Made by a program: the position numbers and the translations under genes. From Candidatus Omnitrophota bacterium (lineage in GTDB: Bacteria > Omnitrophota > Gorgyraeia > Gygaellales > Profunditerraquicolaceae), in assembly GCA_028716705.1 (NCBI GenBank), contig JAQUPI010000004.1, forward strand, positions 656-64,655: DNA of 64,000 nucleotides. Direction: 5' to 3'. The notes under the pieces are model-generated. The model was not told the DNA's origin. It ran no database searches and was given only the letters and a program-made list of their open reading frames with translations. Of the stretch, positions 26,716-36,091 are shown piece after piece; within the stretch, counting starts at the first letter, position 1, and every line of letters begins with the position of its first letter.

Positions 26716-29034
26716 TTAGAATCCGTGGCTCATGCTGAAATGAAGCCTTCCGTTCCCTCTTTTTTCGTTCCCCGGCTCTTTATTCAAAGGGAGTCCGAAA
26801 TCGAGCATTATCGGGCCTATGGGGGTCTTTACTCTTAGGCCCACACCTACTCCCGATTTGATCCCTCCTGTGCCTATATCCCCCGCCTTCTCCCAGACGT
26901 TGCCCGCGTCATAAAAGGCGGCAAGTTTTATGAAGCTCAATACCGGGTAAAGATATTCCACGTTACCCACTAAAAACGCTTCACCGCCCAGGGGATCTTT
27001 TGATACCGGGTCTATGGGGCCCACTTTTCTCTCATGGTAACCCCTGATAGTGTACGCGCCGCCCGCGAAAAACCTCTCATATATCGGAACGATGTCCGAA
27101 TCCCCGTAAGGCTTGGCCAAACCGACGCGCCCCCTTAATTCCAAGACAGAACCCCCGACCAAAGGCAAATAATGGGAGGCCCTGCTGAAGATTTTCCAAA
27201 AGTCCTTGTTGCCTCCGAAAATACCTCCGGCATCCTCGAGGGAACCAGTTAATATATTGCCCCTGGACGGGTCAAAAATATTATCCCTTGAATCATAAGT
27301 AAGCCCCAGTTGCATGCTGCTTATCGTATTTGTGCCGTACTCGCGCATTAAGTCGTTAGAAGCGTTCTCGGTTATGTCCGTGATCTTTATAGTGTCATTG
27401 CGGTACATTAAGTCCGCCCTAAGATATTCGGATATCTCTTTGCCCAGCCTTACATCGCCTCCGGTTACATCCTCGTCGTAACCGTAACCTATATCTTCGG
27501 CCCGGTTGTGAGTGCGTTTGTAGGCGTCAAAACCGAACGAAACCGGATAATCAAAAAGCCAGGGCTCGGTGAAACTCAGGTCGAAGCTGTTGGTGATGGT
27601 TCCGAAAGAACCGCGGACCTTTAGGTCCTGTCCGGCGCCGGTAAAGTACGGGAAATTCTTCCAGTCGAAATTCTTTTGTTCGACTTCGACGAAGCCGACG
27701 AACTCTTCCACGCTCGAGTAACCTCCGCCAAAGCTAAAGGCGCCTGTCTTGGATTCCTTCACCTCAACTACCAGGTCTTTCTTATCGGGCACAGCGGTAT
27801 CTTCGGTATCGTACTTTACCTCTTCGAAAAAGCCCAAATTCTGCAGCCTTTCCTTGCTGCGTTTTAGTTTTTCCCCGTCAAATCTATCCCCCGGCCTTAT
27901 CCTGAGCTCCCGGCGGACCACTATATCTTTTGTCTTTACATTGCCGCGGACCTTGATCTTATCCACGTAGGCGACATTGCTCTCCATAATATTATAGACT
28001 ATGTCGATACGCCCGGTATATGAATTCAGCGCGGTGGCTTCCTGGACCTGCGCGGAAATGTAACCCCTGTCAAAATAAAGCCCCTGGATGTTTACCACAT
28101 CGCCCGAAAGCGCCTCTTCGCTAAAGACCTTTCCCGGCACGCATTCCTTCAATCTGGCCAGTATATCCTTTTGGGGGATATCCTTGTTACCCTGGACGGT
28201 AACGCTGCCTACCAGGTACCTTTTACCCTCCTCTATACTGACGGTAATGTACAAAAGCGGTTTTCTGGGATGGGACTTCACCTCATATGTGACAACCGCG
28301 TCCGCGAATCCCTCCCGATGGTAAAAGGATTTTACGCGCTCGATATCTTCATTAAGTACTTCGTCTTTCAGCACGCCCGGGTTAAAAAACCAGGCGCGCT
28401 TGGTCTTCATCAGTTTCAGGATGCGTTTGGCGGGAAAGCTTTTATTCCCCTCCACGAATATGTTCTTTATCCTTATCCTCTTTCCTTCTACGGCGGAAAA
28501 TTCCACCCTTGCCTTGCCCGTCTGTTTATCTATTCCCACGCTGTAATTGACCTGCGCCTGGCTGAAACCCGCTTTTTCGTAAAGTTTGCGTATGGTATTC
28601 GCGTCTTCCGCCAGGTTGGGATAATCCAGGTACTGCGTTTCCTTGGATTTCAGGGTCTCCTTAAGCTTCTCCTCGCGCATCGTCAGCCGGGTCATCTCCG
28701 AGAAGGTGATCTTGTCGATAACCGGCCTTTCGCTGACGGTGATGATGACCTTTAAGCCCTTATTGTATTCTTCCGTGTCTATCTTTATATCGCTGAAGTA
28801 TCCTAAAAGATAAAGGCGCTTCAGATCGTCGCTTATTACGGCTTCCTGATAGGGGCTGCCCGTCTTGGTTTTTATCTTGGATACGATGGTATTGCTGCTT
28901 ATGCTTTTGTTTCCTTTTATCTCTATGGCGGTAACTAATTTTCCCGAAGTGCCCTCAGGCTGGGCTTTGGCAGGCGAAAATGTGATGCCCGCTGTTATCA
29001 GAACGGAGAAAATGAATAGGCTGGCTTTTCGCAT
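26716..29034 (-). CDS. bamA: outer membrane protein assembly factor BamA
   Basis: 772 aa with a signal peptide, POTRA repeats and a C-terminal Omp85 barrel ending ...RLHFSMSHGF. Confidence 0.9.
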   Translation of the reverse strand: MRKASLFIFSVLITAGITFSPAKAQPEGTSGKLVTAIEIKGNKSISSNTIVSKIKTKTGSPYQEAVISDDLKRLYLLGYFSDIKIDTEEYNKGLKVIITVSERPVIDKITFSEMTRLTMREEKLKETLKSKETQYLDYPNLAEDANTIRKLYEKAGFSQAQVNYSVGIDKQTGKARVEFSAVEGKRIRIKNIFVEGNKSFPAKRILKLMKTKRAWFFNPGVLKDEVLNEDIERVKSFYHREGFADAVVTYEVKSHPRKPLLYITVSIEEGKRYLVGSVTVQGNKDIPQKDILARLKECVPGKVFSEEALSGDVVNIQGLYFDRGYISAQVQEATALNSYTGRIDIVYNIMESNVAYVDKIKVRGNVKTKDIVVRRELRIRPGDRFDGEKLKRSKERLQNLGFFEEVKYDTEDTAVPDKKDLVVEVKESKTGAFSFGGGYSSVEEFVGFVEVEQKNFDWKNFPYFTGAGQDLKVRGSFGTITNSFDLSFTEPWLFDYPVSFGFDAYKRTHNRAEDIGYGYDEDVTGGDVRLGKEISEYLRADLMYRNDTIKITDITENASNDLMREYGTNTISSMQLGLTYDSRDNIFDPSRGNILTGSLEDAGGIFGGNKDFWKIFSRASHYLPLVGGSVLELRGRVGLAKPYGDSDIVPIYERFFAGGAYTIRGYHERKVGPIDPVSKDPLGGEAFLVGNVEYLYPVLSFIKLAAFYDAGNVWEKAGDIGTGGIKSGVGVGLRVKTPIGPIMLDFGLPLNKEPGNEKRGNGRLHFSMSHGF

Positions 29035-29070
29035 TAAACTATTATATTAAAAATCTCTTCTTTAATCAAG

Positions 29071-29136
29071 AAAAAACGGGGTCAGAATTATTTTTCCTTT
29101 ATCTGAGGCCAGAAAAATAATTCTGACCCCGTTTTT
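29071..29136 (-). terminator. intrinsic terminator after dnaB (24-bp perfect stem, followed by a U-run on the minus-strand transcript)
   Basis: AAAACGGGGTCAGAATTATTTTTC - 15-nt loop - GAAAAATAATTCTGACCCCGTTTT. It is flanked by A/T runs on both sides, so it is potentially bidirectional. Confidence 0.75.
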
Positions 29137-30483
29137 CTACGCTTCTTCTATCCGGGCAAGGTTCTCGAACCTGGTGTATTCTTTGATAAAACTTAATTTC
29201 ATGGAACCTACCGGGCCGTTACGCTGTTTGGCGATGATAACCTCGGCGATGCCTTCATTATCCGGGGTCGGCTTGTAATATTCTTCCCGGAGTATCAATA
29301 CGACAAGGTCGGCGTCCTGCTCGATCGCGCCGGACTCCCTTAAATCGGAAAGCTGCGGCCTGTGGTCCGTCCTTGACTCAACCGCTCGGGACAACTGGCT
29401 TATGGCGATGATAGGCACGTTCAATTCGCGCGCCAAAGACTTTAACGAACGGGAAATATCAGAAATCTCCTGCTGCCTGTTCTCTTCCTTTCCGCCTGAT
29501 CCGCGCATCAGCTGCAGATAATCAAGTACGATCAGTTTTATGTCATGATGGGCCTTAAGCCTGCGGGCCTTGGCGCGCAGCTCCATAACGGAGATCGCCG
29601 CCGTATCATCAATGTATATCGGCGCCTCCGAAAGCTTTCCCGCCGCGGCGGTAAGGCGCGGCCAGTCGGAAGGGGCCAGGTAACCTGTCCTTACTTTATG
29701 CGCGTCTACTTTTGCGTGGGCGCAGAGCATCCTTTGGACCAGCTGCTCCTTGGACATCTCCAGGCTGAAAAAAGCCAGAGGTATCTTTTCGATCACGCCG
29801 GCGTATTCGGCGATCCCCAGGGCAAAGGCACTCTTGCCCATGGAAGGCCTCCCGGCGATGATGATCAAATCCGATTCCTGCAGTCCGGAAGTCTTATTAT
29901 CGAAATCTATATAACCCGACGGAACACCTGTAACGTGCGATTTATTCTGGTAAAGCCGGTCTATGGCCTCAATACTGTCCTTGATGACTTCCTTCAGGTG
30001 CAAATAGCTTCCCTTGGTTTTGGTGTCGCTTACCTCGAAGATGAATTTCTCGGCGTTGTCCACTATCTCATCGACATTCCCGTCGCTTTCATAACAGAGG
30101 GAAGCGATCTTTGTGGCGCTGTTTATAAGGGTCCTTAATATATATTTTTCTTTTACGATCTTTACGTAATGGTTTATGTTGGCGGCGGTGGGGACAGAAT
30201 TGACTACGGCGGTCAGGAAACTCGGGCCGCCGATCTCTTCGAGGGCTTCGATCCTTTTAAGCTCGTTTGTAACGGTGATGATGTCTACGGCCTTGTTGGC
30301 GCCGTAAAGGCTGCGGATGGAATCGAATACTTTCTTATGGGCGTCTTTATAAAAATGCTCCTTATCCAGCTTCTCAACGGCTTCTGAAAGGGCGTTTTCA
30401 TCCAGAAGCATGGAACCCAATACCGCCATTTCGGCTTCAAGGTTCTGCGGAGGTACTTTATCTATCGGTATTTCCGGAGTCAT
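29137..30483 (-). CDS. dnaB: replicative DNA helicase DnaB
   Basis: N-terminal domain (PPQNLEAEMAVLGSMLLD), Walker A GRPSMGKSAFAL and RecA-like C-terminal motifs. Confidence 0.95.
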   Translation of the reverse strand: MTPEIPIDKVPPQNLEAEMAVLGSMLLDENALSEAVEKLDKEHFYKDAHKKVFDSIRSLYGANKAVDIITVTNELKRIEALEEIGGPSFLTAVVNSVPTAANINHYVKIVKEKYILRTLINSATKIASLCYESDGNVDEIVDNAEKFIFEVSDTKTKGSYLHLKEVIKDSIEAIDRLYQNKSHVTGVPSGYIDFDNKTSGLQESDLIIIAGRPSMGKSAFALGIAEYAGVIEKIPLAFFSLEMSKEQLVQRMLCAHAKVDAHKVRTGYLAPSDWPRLTAAAGKLSEAPIYIDDTAAISVMELRAKARRLKAHHDIKLIVLDYLQLMRGSGGKEENRQQEISDISRSLKSLARELNVPIIAISQLSRAVESRTDHRPQLSDLRESGAIEQDADLVVLILREEYYKPTPDNEGIAEVIIAKQRNGPVGSMKLSFIKEYTRFENLARIEEA

Positions 30484-30923
30484 TTCTTGACAATCCAGAC
30501 TTTTATTTTCGCCAGAACGTCGGGATGCAGTTTTACGGGAACTTCATAAATCCCCAGGGCCTTTATCGGCTCATCGAGCACGAACGAATCCTTGTCGATC
30601 TCAAAACCCTCATCTTTCAAACCCGCGGACAGGTCCTGCGCGGTTATGCTCGCGTAAAGTTTCTCCTGCTCATGGGTCAAAACCGGTATGGTCAGGGAGA
30701 TCCGTGAAAGCTTATCGCTTATCTCCTGGGCTTGCTTTTTTTCTTTCTCCGACTGCAAGGCCTTTTTCTGCCTCTCCAGTTCCAGCTTTTTAAGGCTTTC
30801 AGAATTCGCCGTCACGGCCAAGCCGTTAGGAAAAAGGAAATTGCGGGCATAGCCATCTTTTACTTTTACTATTTGCCCGGCCTTTCCGATCCTGTCTACA
30901 TCTTTGCTCAATATTACTTCCAT
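30480..30923 (-). CDS. rplI: 50S ribosomal protein L9
   Basis: MEVILSKDVDRIGKAGQIVKVKDGYARNFLFPNGLA is the canonical L9 N-terminus. Confidence 0.9.
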   Translation of the reverse strand: MEVILSKDVDRIGKAGQIVKVKDGYARNFLFPNGLAVTANSESLKKLELERQKKALQSEKEKKQAQEISDKLSRISLTIPVLTHEQEKLYASITAQDLSAGLKDEGFEIDKDSFVLDEPIKALGIYEVPVKLHPDVLAKIKVWIVKK

Positions 30924-30940
30924 ATTTTCCTCAAAGGGTT

Positions 30941-31207
30941 TTATACCCGTACATAAGGCAATAACGAAATGTATCTCGCCTTTTTTATCGCCTCGGCCAC
31001 CATCCTTTGGTGCTTGGCGCAGTTACTGGAAATGCGCGGGGAAAGGATCTTGCCGCGTTCTTTGATAAACGCCTCAAGCCTTCTGGTATCTTTGTAATCA
31101 AGGCTCTTTACCTTATCCACGCACAATCTGCAAAACCTTTTTCTCACGGTAGAAAGGACGTCTCTTTTTTTGACTATCCTTTTTATTTTTTTCATTCTAA
31201 CTGGCAT
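30941..31207 (-). CDS. rpsR: 30S ribosomal protein S18
   Basis: RFCRLCVDKVKSLDYKDTRRLEAFIKERGKILSPRISSNCAKHQR matches S18. Confidence 0.9.
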   Translation of the reverse strand: MPVRMKKIKRIVKKRDVLSTVRKRFCRLCVDKVKSLDYKDTRRLEAFIKERGKILSPRISSNCAKHQRMVAEAIKKARYISLLPYVRV

Positions 31208-31643
31208 CGGATTTATCCTCCTCTGTTTGATCGAGCCATGCTGTCTCGGTGGTTTCCAGCGGCGGCTCCACGGCAGTTTCCTCCGAGGGCCCGCTTGCTG
31301 CCACGCGGCTTTGCGCCTGTCCGAGGAATTGGACGCGTTCCGCCCTTACCTCCAAGACGCTGCGTTTCTGTCCGGAATTGTCCTCCCAGGAACGGGATTG
31401 AAGCCTGCCCTCGATAAAAACCGGGCTCCCCTTGTGCAGATACTGGTTGCAGGTTTCGGCCTGCTTATTCCAAACCACCGCCGTGAGGAAACAGACTTCC
31501 TCTTTTATTTCCTGATTCCTGTCTTTATAGCGCCTGTTAACCGCAAGCCGCAGATTGACCACGGCCGTCCCTTGCGGGGTATAACGCAGCTCCGGGTCCT
31601 TAGTGAGGTTTCCCATCAGCATTACCTTATTAAAACTAGCCAT
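31197..31643 (-). CDS. ssb: single-stranded DNA-binding protein
   Basis: OB-fold NKVMLMGNLTKDPELRYTPQG...VVWNKQAE and an acidic C-terminal tail (EEDKSDAS-type). Confidence 0.9.
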   Translation of the reverse strand: MASFNKVMLMGNLTKDPELRYTPQGTAVVNLRLAVNRRYKDRNQEIKEEVCFLTAVVWNKQAETCNQYLHKGSPVFIEGRLQSRSWEDNSGQKRSVLEVRAERVQFLGQAQSRVAASGPSEETAVEPPLETTETAWLDQTEEDKSDAS

Positions 31644-31678
31644 TATTTCTCCCTTTTAAAGATCCCAATGCATCAATA

Positions 31679-31966
31679 TTACTCTTGTTTCGTAATCAGC
31701 ACCCTCAATATATTCTCATTCAATTTATAAGCGTGAGTTATGTCCTTGACGCTCTCTCCCGGCGCGTTAAACTGCAGCAGGTAAAATATCCCCTCGCGGT
31801 GCCTCTTAAGCGGAAAGAACAATTTTCTTTTCTCGGACCACACTGCTCCGGACAAAACACTGCCGTTATTCTTGGAAACAACCTCCCCGATCTGGGAGAA
31901 TAATGTTTTCTTATCATCATCCGTCAATTCCGGCTTAACTATGAACATCGCTTCATATTTATTCAT
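31679..31966 (-). CDS. rpsF: 30S ribosomal protein S6
   Basis: MNKYEAMFIVKPELTDDD..., in the rpsF-ssb-rpsR-rplI order. Confidence 0.85.
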   Translation of the reverse strand: MNKYEAMFIVKPELTDDDKKTLFSQIGEVVSKNNGSVLSGAVWSEKRKLFFPLKRHREGIFYLLQFNAPGESVKDITHAYKLNENILRVLITKQE

Positions 31967-32546
31967 CCTCGGAAAACCTCCTTCTATTAAAAAGGTTCAT
32001 GCTTTGCGTTATACCCTGCGCCGCCCAGACACGGCAGCATTCGCAGGCGTTTTCTATTATGGCCTTTATCTCCGTTTTTTCTTTTTTTGTAAAAGAAGAA
32101 AGGACATAGTCAGCGGCGTCCGCGTTCCCGCGCGAAGGCCTGCCTATGCCTAAACGCAGCCTCGCGAATTCCGGGCTGCCCACTGAATCGATTATTGAAC
32201 GCAAGCCCCGGTGCCCTCCCGATGAGCCCCGCGAGCGTATCCTGAGTTTGCCAAACTCAAGGTCCAGGTCGTCGCAAACTATCAGGATATCATTCAAACT
32301 TAACTTATATTTTTTTATTAAGGCGCTTACCGCCCGGCCGGACAAATTCATATAGGTAAGGGGCACTGCCAATACCAGGCTTTCGCCGTCGATCTTGCCT
32401 TTTCCGGCCAGCGCTAAGACGAGCGCGTCTCTTTTAAGCGGAATCTTGTAAATCCGGCTCAAGGCCTTGATCACGGAAAATCCTATATTATGCCTTGAAC
32501 CCGAGTAAATCGTGCCGGGATTGCCCAAGCCTACGATCAGTTTCAT
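31959..32546 (-). CDS. pth: peptidyl-tRNA hydrolase
   Basis: MKLIVGLGNPGTIYSGSRHNIGF and GGHRGLRSI motifs. Confidence 0.9.
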   Translation of the reverse strand: MKLIVGLGNPGTIYSGSRHNIGFSVIKALSRIYKIPLKRDALVLALAGKGKIDGESLVLAVPLTYMNLSGRAVSALIKKYKLSLNDILIVCDDLDLEFGKLRIRSRGSSGGHRGLRSIIDSVGSPEFARLRLGIGRPSRGNADAADYVLSSFTKKEKTEIKAIIENACECCRVWAAQGITQSMNLFNRRRFSEDE

Positions 32547-32568
32547 TTCGACTCGCCGCGCCGGGCCA

Positions 32569-33258
32569 TCACTTCTTTTCTTTGCCGGGCTTTTCTTCTT
32601 CCGCGCCTTCAGCTGGCACTTCCTTCTTTTCCTTTATAACTTCAGGCTCCTGCTTCTCCTCGCCTTCCACGGCAGGCGCCGCTACCTCTTCTTTTATGGG
32701 GGCCGCGACTGAAAGGACGATCGCGTCCGGGTTTGTCAGTACCTTGATATTCGAAGGGAAAGCGATGTCTTTGACATGTATAGAATCGCCTATCTTCATC
32801 TGGCTGACATCCACTTCGACATCCTGCGGTATTTCAGTCGGTAAACATTCGACTTCAATTTCCCAGAGATTATGTTCCAAGGAACCGCCTTCTTGTTTTA
32901 CTCCTGCCGGCTCGCCTTTCGCGCTTACCGGAACGTTTACTTTGATCAATTCGGTAAGCGATATTTCGTTAAAATCCACATGGATAATATCGCCTTTCAC
33001 GGGATCATACTGGATCTCTTTGATGAGGCATGGTTTGTCTTTTTGCTTTTTATCCGCGGTTTTCAGGTTTATCACCATGCTTTCTACCCTGTGATGGTGT
33101 ATCAACTGCCAAAGCTCCTTATGGGATACTTTTATGGGCAGGGAGTTCTTCCCTTCCGAGTAGACAACGGCCGGTATGAAGCCTTTACCCCTCAGGTCCT
33201 TGACCTTGCTTTTTCCTATTTCCTCTCTGGTTTGGATCTCTAAAATAATGTTTTCCAT
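32569..33258 (-). CDS. ctc: 50S ribosomal protein L25 / general stress protein Ctc
   Basis: L25 N-terminal domain (REEIGKSKVKDLRGKGFIPAVVY) with a C-terminal Glu/Lys/Pro-rich extension. Confidence 0.85.
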   Translation of the reverse strand: MENIILEIQTREEIGKSKVKDLRGKGFIPAVVYSEGKNSLPIKVSHKELWQLIHHHRVESMVINLKTADKKQKDKPCLIKEIQYDPVKGDIIHVDFNEISLTELIKVNVPVSAKGEPAGVKQEGGSLEHNLWEIEVECLPTEIPQDVEVDVSQMKIGDSIHVKDIAFPSNIKVLTNPDAIVLSVAAPIKEEVAAPAVEGEEKQEPEVIKEKKEVPAEGAEEEKPGKEKK

Positions 33259-33279
33259 TTACATTGCTCCGCTTTTTAA

Positions 33280-34218
33280 TTAATCAAACAGTGAACTGAC
33301 CGATTCCTCGTGATGGATCCTTTTTATCGCCTCGCCCAATAGCTCGGCTACAGATAATACCTTGATCCTGGAGTGTTTTTTACCGTTGGATAACGGTATG
33401 GTATCCGTGATCAACAGCTCCTCCAGGCTTTTGCATCTATCAATCCGCTCCAAAGCCGGCCCGGATAAAACTCCATGGGTAATTGCCGCGCGCACGCTTT
33501 TGGCTTTAGCTTTTTTCAAGGCTTCCACCGCCTCTATCAAGGAGCTGCCCGTCGCGATCAGATCGTCGACGATTATGGCGTTCTTGCCTTCAACATTACC
33601 CAATATATACATAACTTCCGTTTTTTCCGGCGAATCGCGCCTTTTATCTATAATGGCCAGCTCCGCGGAGAGCCGCTTGGCGTAGCCCCTGGCCATTTTT
33701 ATCCCGCCGACATCGGGGGAAACTATGACCAGGTCTTCGAGTTTGAGTTTCGCCAGGTACTCTTTAAACACGGTGACGGCAAAAAGATGGTCCATTGGTA
33801 TATCGAAAAATCCCTGTATCTGCCCGGCATGCAAGTCTACCGTCAAGATCCGGTCCGCTCCCGCAACGGTCAAAAGATTGGCCACCAGTTTAGCGGTAAT
33901 GGGCACGCGGGGCTGGTCCTTCCTGTCCTGGCGGGCATAACCAAAATAGGGGATGACCGCGGTGATACGTTGAGCGGAAGACCGCTTAAGCGCGTCGATC
34001 ATCACTAAAAGTTCCATAAGATTATCGTTTGACGGGGGACAGGTAGGCTGCACTATGAATACGTCTTTTCCGCGCACATTTTCGTTTATTTTTACGCGTA
34101 TCTCCCCCTCGCTGAATTTGCCGACCAGCGCGTCGGATAATTTGATCTTTAGGTATTTGCAGATGTCGCCTGCCAGATCGGGATTCGCGTTTCCGCTGAA
34201 TACCGCTAACTTATCCAT
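33280..34218 (-). CDS. prs: ribose-phosphate pyrophosphokinase
   Basis: PRPP-binding loop DDLIATGSSL and Prs N-terminal motifs. Confidence 0.95.
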   Translation of the reverse strand: MDKLAVFSGNANPDLAGDICKYLKIKLSDALVGKFSEGEIRVKINENVRGKDVFIVQPTCPPSNDNLMELLVMIDALKRSSAQRITAVIPYFGYARQDRKDQPRVPITAKLVANLLTVAGADRILTVDLHAGQIQGFFDIPMDHLFAVTVFKEYLAKLKLEDLVIVSPDVGGIKMARGYAKRLSAELAIIDKRRDSPEKTEVMYILGNVEGKNAIIVDDLIATGSSLIEAVEALKKAKAKSVRAAITHGVLSGPALERIDRCKSLEELLITDTIPLSNGKKHSRIKVLSVAELLGEAIKRIHHEESVSSLFD

Positions 34219-34244
34219 TTCTTCTTACCCCTCGCTCTCTGATT

Positions 34245-35504
34245 TTATTGTGATTTTTTGATCGGCCTTGCCGGCACGCCCACGACTGTTACCCCTCCGG
34301 GCACGTCTCTGTTCCTTGTAACCACGCTGCCCGCCCCGGTCTTGGCGCGCTTGCCTATTTTCACCGGCGCCACCAAAACGGTATCTGAACCGATAAACGC
34401 CTTTTCGCCTATACGCGTAATATTCTTGTTTTTTCCGTCGTAATTCGCGGTTACCGTGCCGGCTCCGATATTCACTGACGGGCCCACCCTGGCGTCTCCG
34501 ATAAAACCGAAGTGTTTCGCGCGCGAACGCGCGGAAAAACGCGAGCGCGAAACTTCGATAAAATTCCCTACGGTGACGTTATTATCAAGAAAGGTGCCCG
34601 GCCTTACATGGGCAAAGGGGCCGACTGAACACTGGCCACCGATTTTAACATCCTTCTCGATCACTGTAAAGGGATAAATCGTGGTATCCCTGCCGATCTT
34701 TACCCCGTAGCTTATAAACGTGGAGTCGGGGTCTATTATGGTAACTCCCTCTCTCATCCAGGACTCCTGAAGCCTTTTCTGCATGATCTTATTCGCCTGA
34801 GCCAGTTCAGCGCGGGAATTGATACCCAGGGATTCATTGATATCCCCTATATCCACGCCGCCCACAAGGCCGCCGCTCCCGTAAAGCAAGCTTATTACGT
34901 CGGTAAGGTAGAATTCCTTTTTGGCGTTCTTTGCCCTCACGGACTTGAGGCTGCCGGCCAGCTTTTCCTTATTGAAACAAACGATGCCCGTGTTGATCTC
35001 TTTAATGCTTTTCTGGAAATCGCTGGCGTCTTTTTCCTCAACTATCCCGCTGATGGAAGCGTATTTATCGCGCAGGATCCGGCCGTAACCTTCCGGCTTA
35101 TTCACCTTGGCGGTAAGCAACGTCGCGTCAGCGTTATTATTTATGTGGCGTTCGAGGAGCTTTTTGATGGTCTCTTTTTTCAAAAGGGGGTTATCCGCGT
35201 AGAGGACAAGTATGGTACCTTTAAAGTTTTTTAATAAAGGCATGGCGGTCTTTACCGCGTCGGCTGTTCCCCGGAGCTTTTTCTGTATCGCGACTTTTAT
35301 GCCCGGCCTAAGGATCTTCCTGACTTCTTGGTGCTTATACCCCAAAACCGCTATCACTTCTTTCGCCTTCAGGGTATCGACCAGGTCCAATACATACTCC
35401 AGCACCGGCCTGCCGCAGATAGGATGCAAGACTTTCGGGATATCGGATTTCATCCGCGTGCTCTTTCCCGCCGCTAAAATTATGACCGCTGTGTTTTTAT
35501 TCAT
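34245..35504 (-). CDS. glmU: bifunctional N-acetylglucosamine-1-phosphate uridyltransferase / glucosamine-1-phosphate acetyltransferase GlmU
   Basis: N-terminal NTP-transferase motif (VIILAAGKSTRMKS) and C-terminal hexapeptide beta-helix. The start is set at the internal MNKNTAVIIL to avoid the tRNA-Gln overlap. Confidence 0.9.
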   Translation of the reverse strand: MNKNTAVIILAAGKSTRMKSDIPKVLHPICGRPVLEYVLDLVDTLKAKEVIAVLGYKHQEVRKILRPGIKVAIQKKLRGTADAVKTAMPLLKNFKGTILVLYADNPLLKKETIKKLLERHINNNADATLLTAKVNKPEGYGRILRDKYASISGIVEEKDASDFQKSIKEINTGIVCFNKEKLAGSLKSVRAKNAKKEFYLTDVISLLYGSGGLVGGVDIGDINESLGINSRAELAQANKIMQKRLQESWMREGVTIIDPDSTFISYGVKIGRDTTIYPFTVIEKDVKIGGQCSVGPFAHVRPGTFLDNNVTVGNFIEVSRSRFSARSRAKHFGFIGDARVGPSVNIGAGTVTANYDGKNKNITRIGEKAFIGSDTVLVAPVKIGKRAKTGAGSVVTRNRDVPGGVTVVGVPARPIKKSQ

Positions 35505-35523
35505 TTTTAAATTGCCCCTGCGA

Positions 35524-35597
35524 TGGTTGGGACGTGTGGATTCGAACCACAATAGCGAGACCCAAATTCTCGTGTCCTACCATTGGACGACATCCCA
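35524..35597 (-). tRNA. tRNA-Gln (anticodon TTG)
   Basis: 74-nt cloverleaf. U1-A72 TGGGATG/CGTCCCA acceptor, anticodon loop ATTTGGG, T-arm GGTTCGAATCC, CCA encoded. Confidence 0.8.
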
Positions 35598-35668
35598 ATG
35601 TCGTCAGACCTCCCACTCCGCATACTGATAACCCCGTGGGATTTCGCCTGTATATAAAGGAGCTTGGC

Positions 35669-36067
35669 TCAAAATTCTGATGTGCTGCCCGGGCCTCTGG
35701 TCTTTTCCTGCTCGAACGCTTCCAATATCCTCTTTTGCAGATACTCCCTGAAAGATTGCGTTATAGGATGAGCGATATCTTTGTGTTCAAGCTGCGCTCC
35801 GCTCTCCGGCCCCGCGGATGGCGCTACGGGCGCAAGGGCCCCAGCGCACTGGTTGCAATACTTTGAGCGAAGCTCATTCTTGAAACCGCACTTCGGACAA
35901 GGCTGTTTTATCTTCCTTGAAGGCATGGCGATAAAAAACCCGCTTGTCCCTTCTATTACCTTTATATTCCTGACTACGAAAGCGTTATCAAAAGTGACGG
36001 TAACATACGCCTTTAATTTTTTATCCGGCGAATCCTTAAGAAAAACTCTAACCTCAGTTATTTCCAT
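35669..36067 (-). CDS. spoVG: SpoVG family protein with C-terminal zinc-ribbon extension
   Basis: N-terminus [52 protein letters not shown] is canonical SpoVG. An extra C-terminal CPKCG...CNQCAG follows. Confidence 0.7.
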   Translation of the reverse strand: MEITEVRVFLKDSPDKKLKAYVTVTFDNAFVVRNIKVIEGTSGFFIAMPSRKIKQPCPKCGFKNELRSKYCNQCAGALAPVAPSAGPESGAQLEHKDIAHPITQSFREYLQKRILEAFEQEKTRGPGSTSEF

Positions 36068-36091
36068 AAGTTACCTCCCTGCCGCACGAAA

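Noticed and set aside
32495-33094. 199-aa plus-strand ORF rich in Ser/Phe
   Set aside because: It is antisense to ctc (L25) and pth. It is low-complexity with no recognisable motif.
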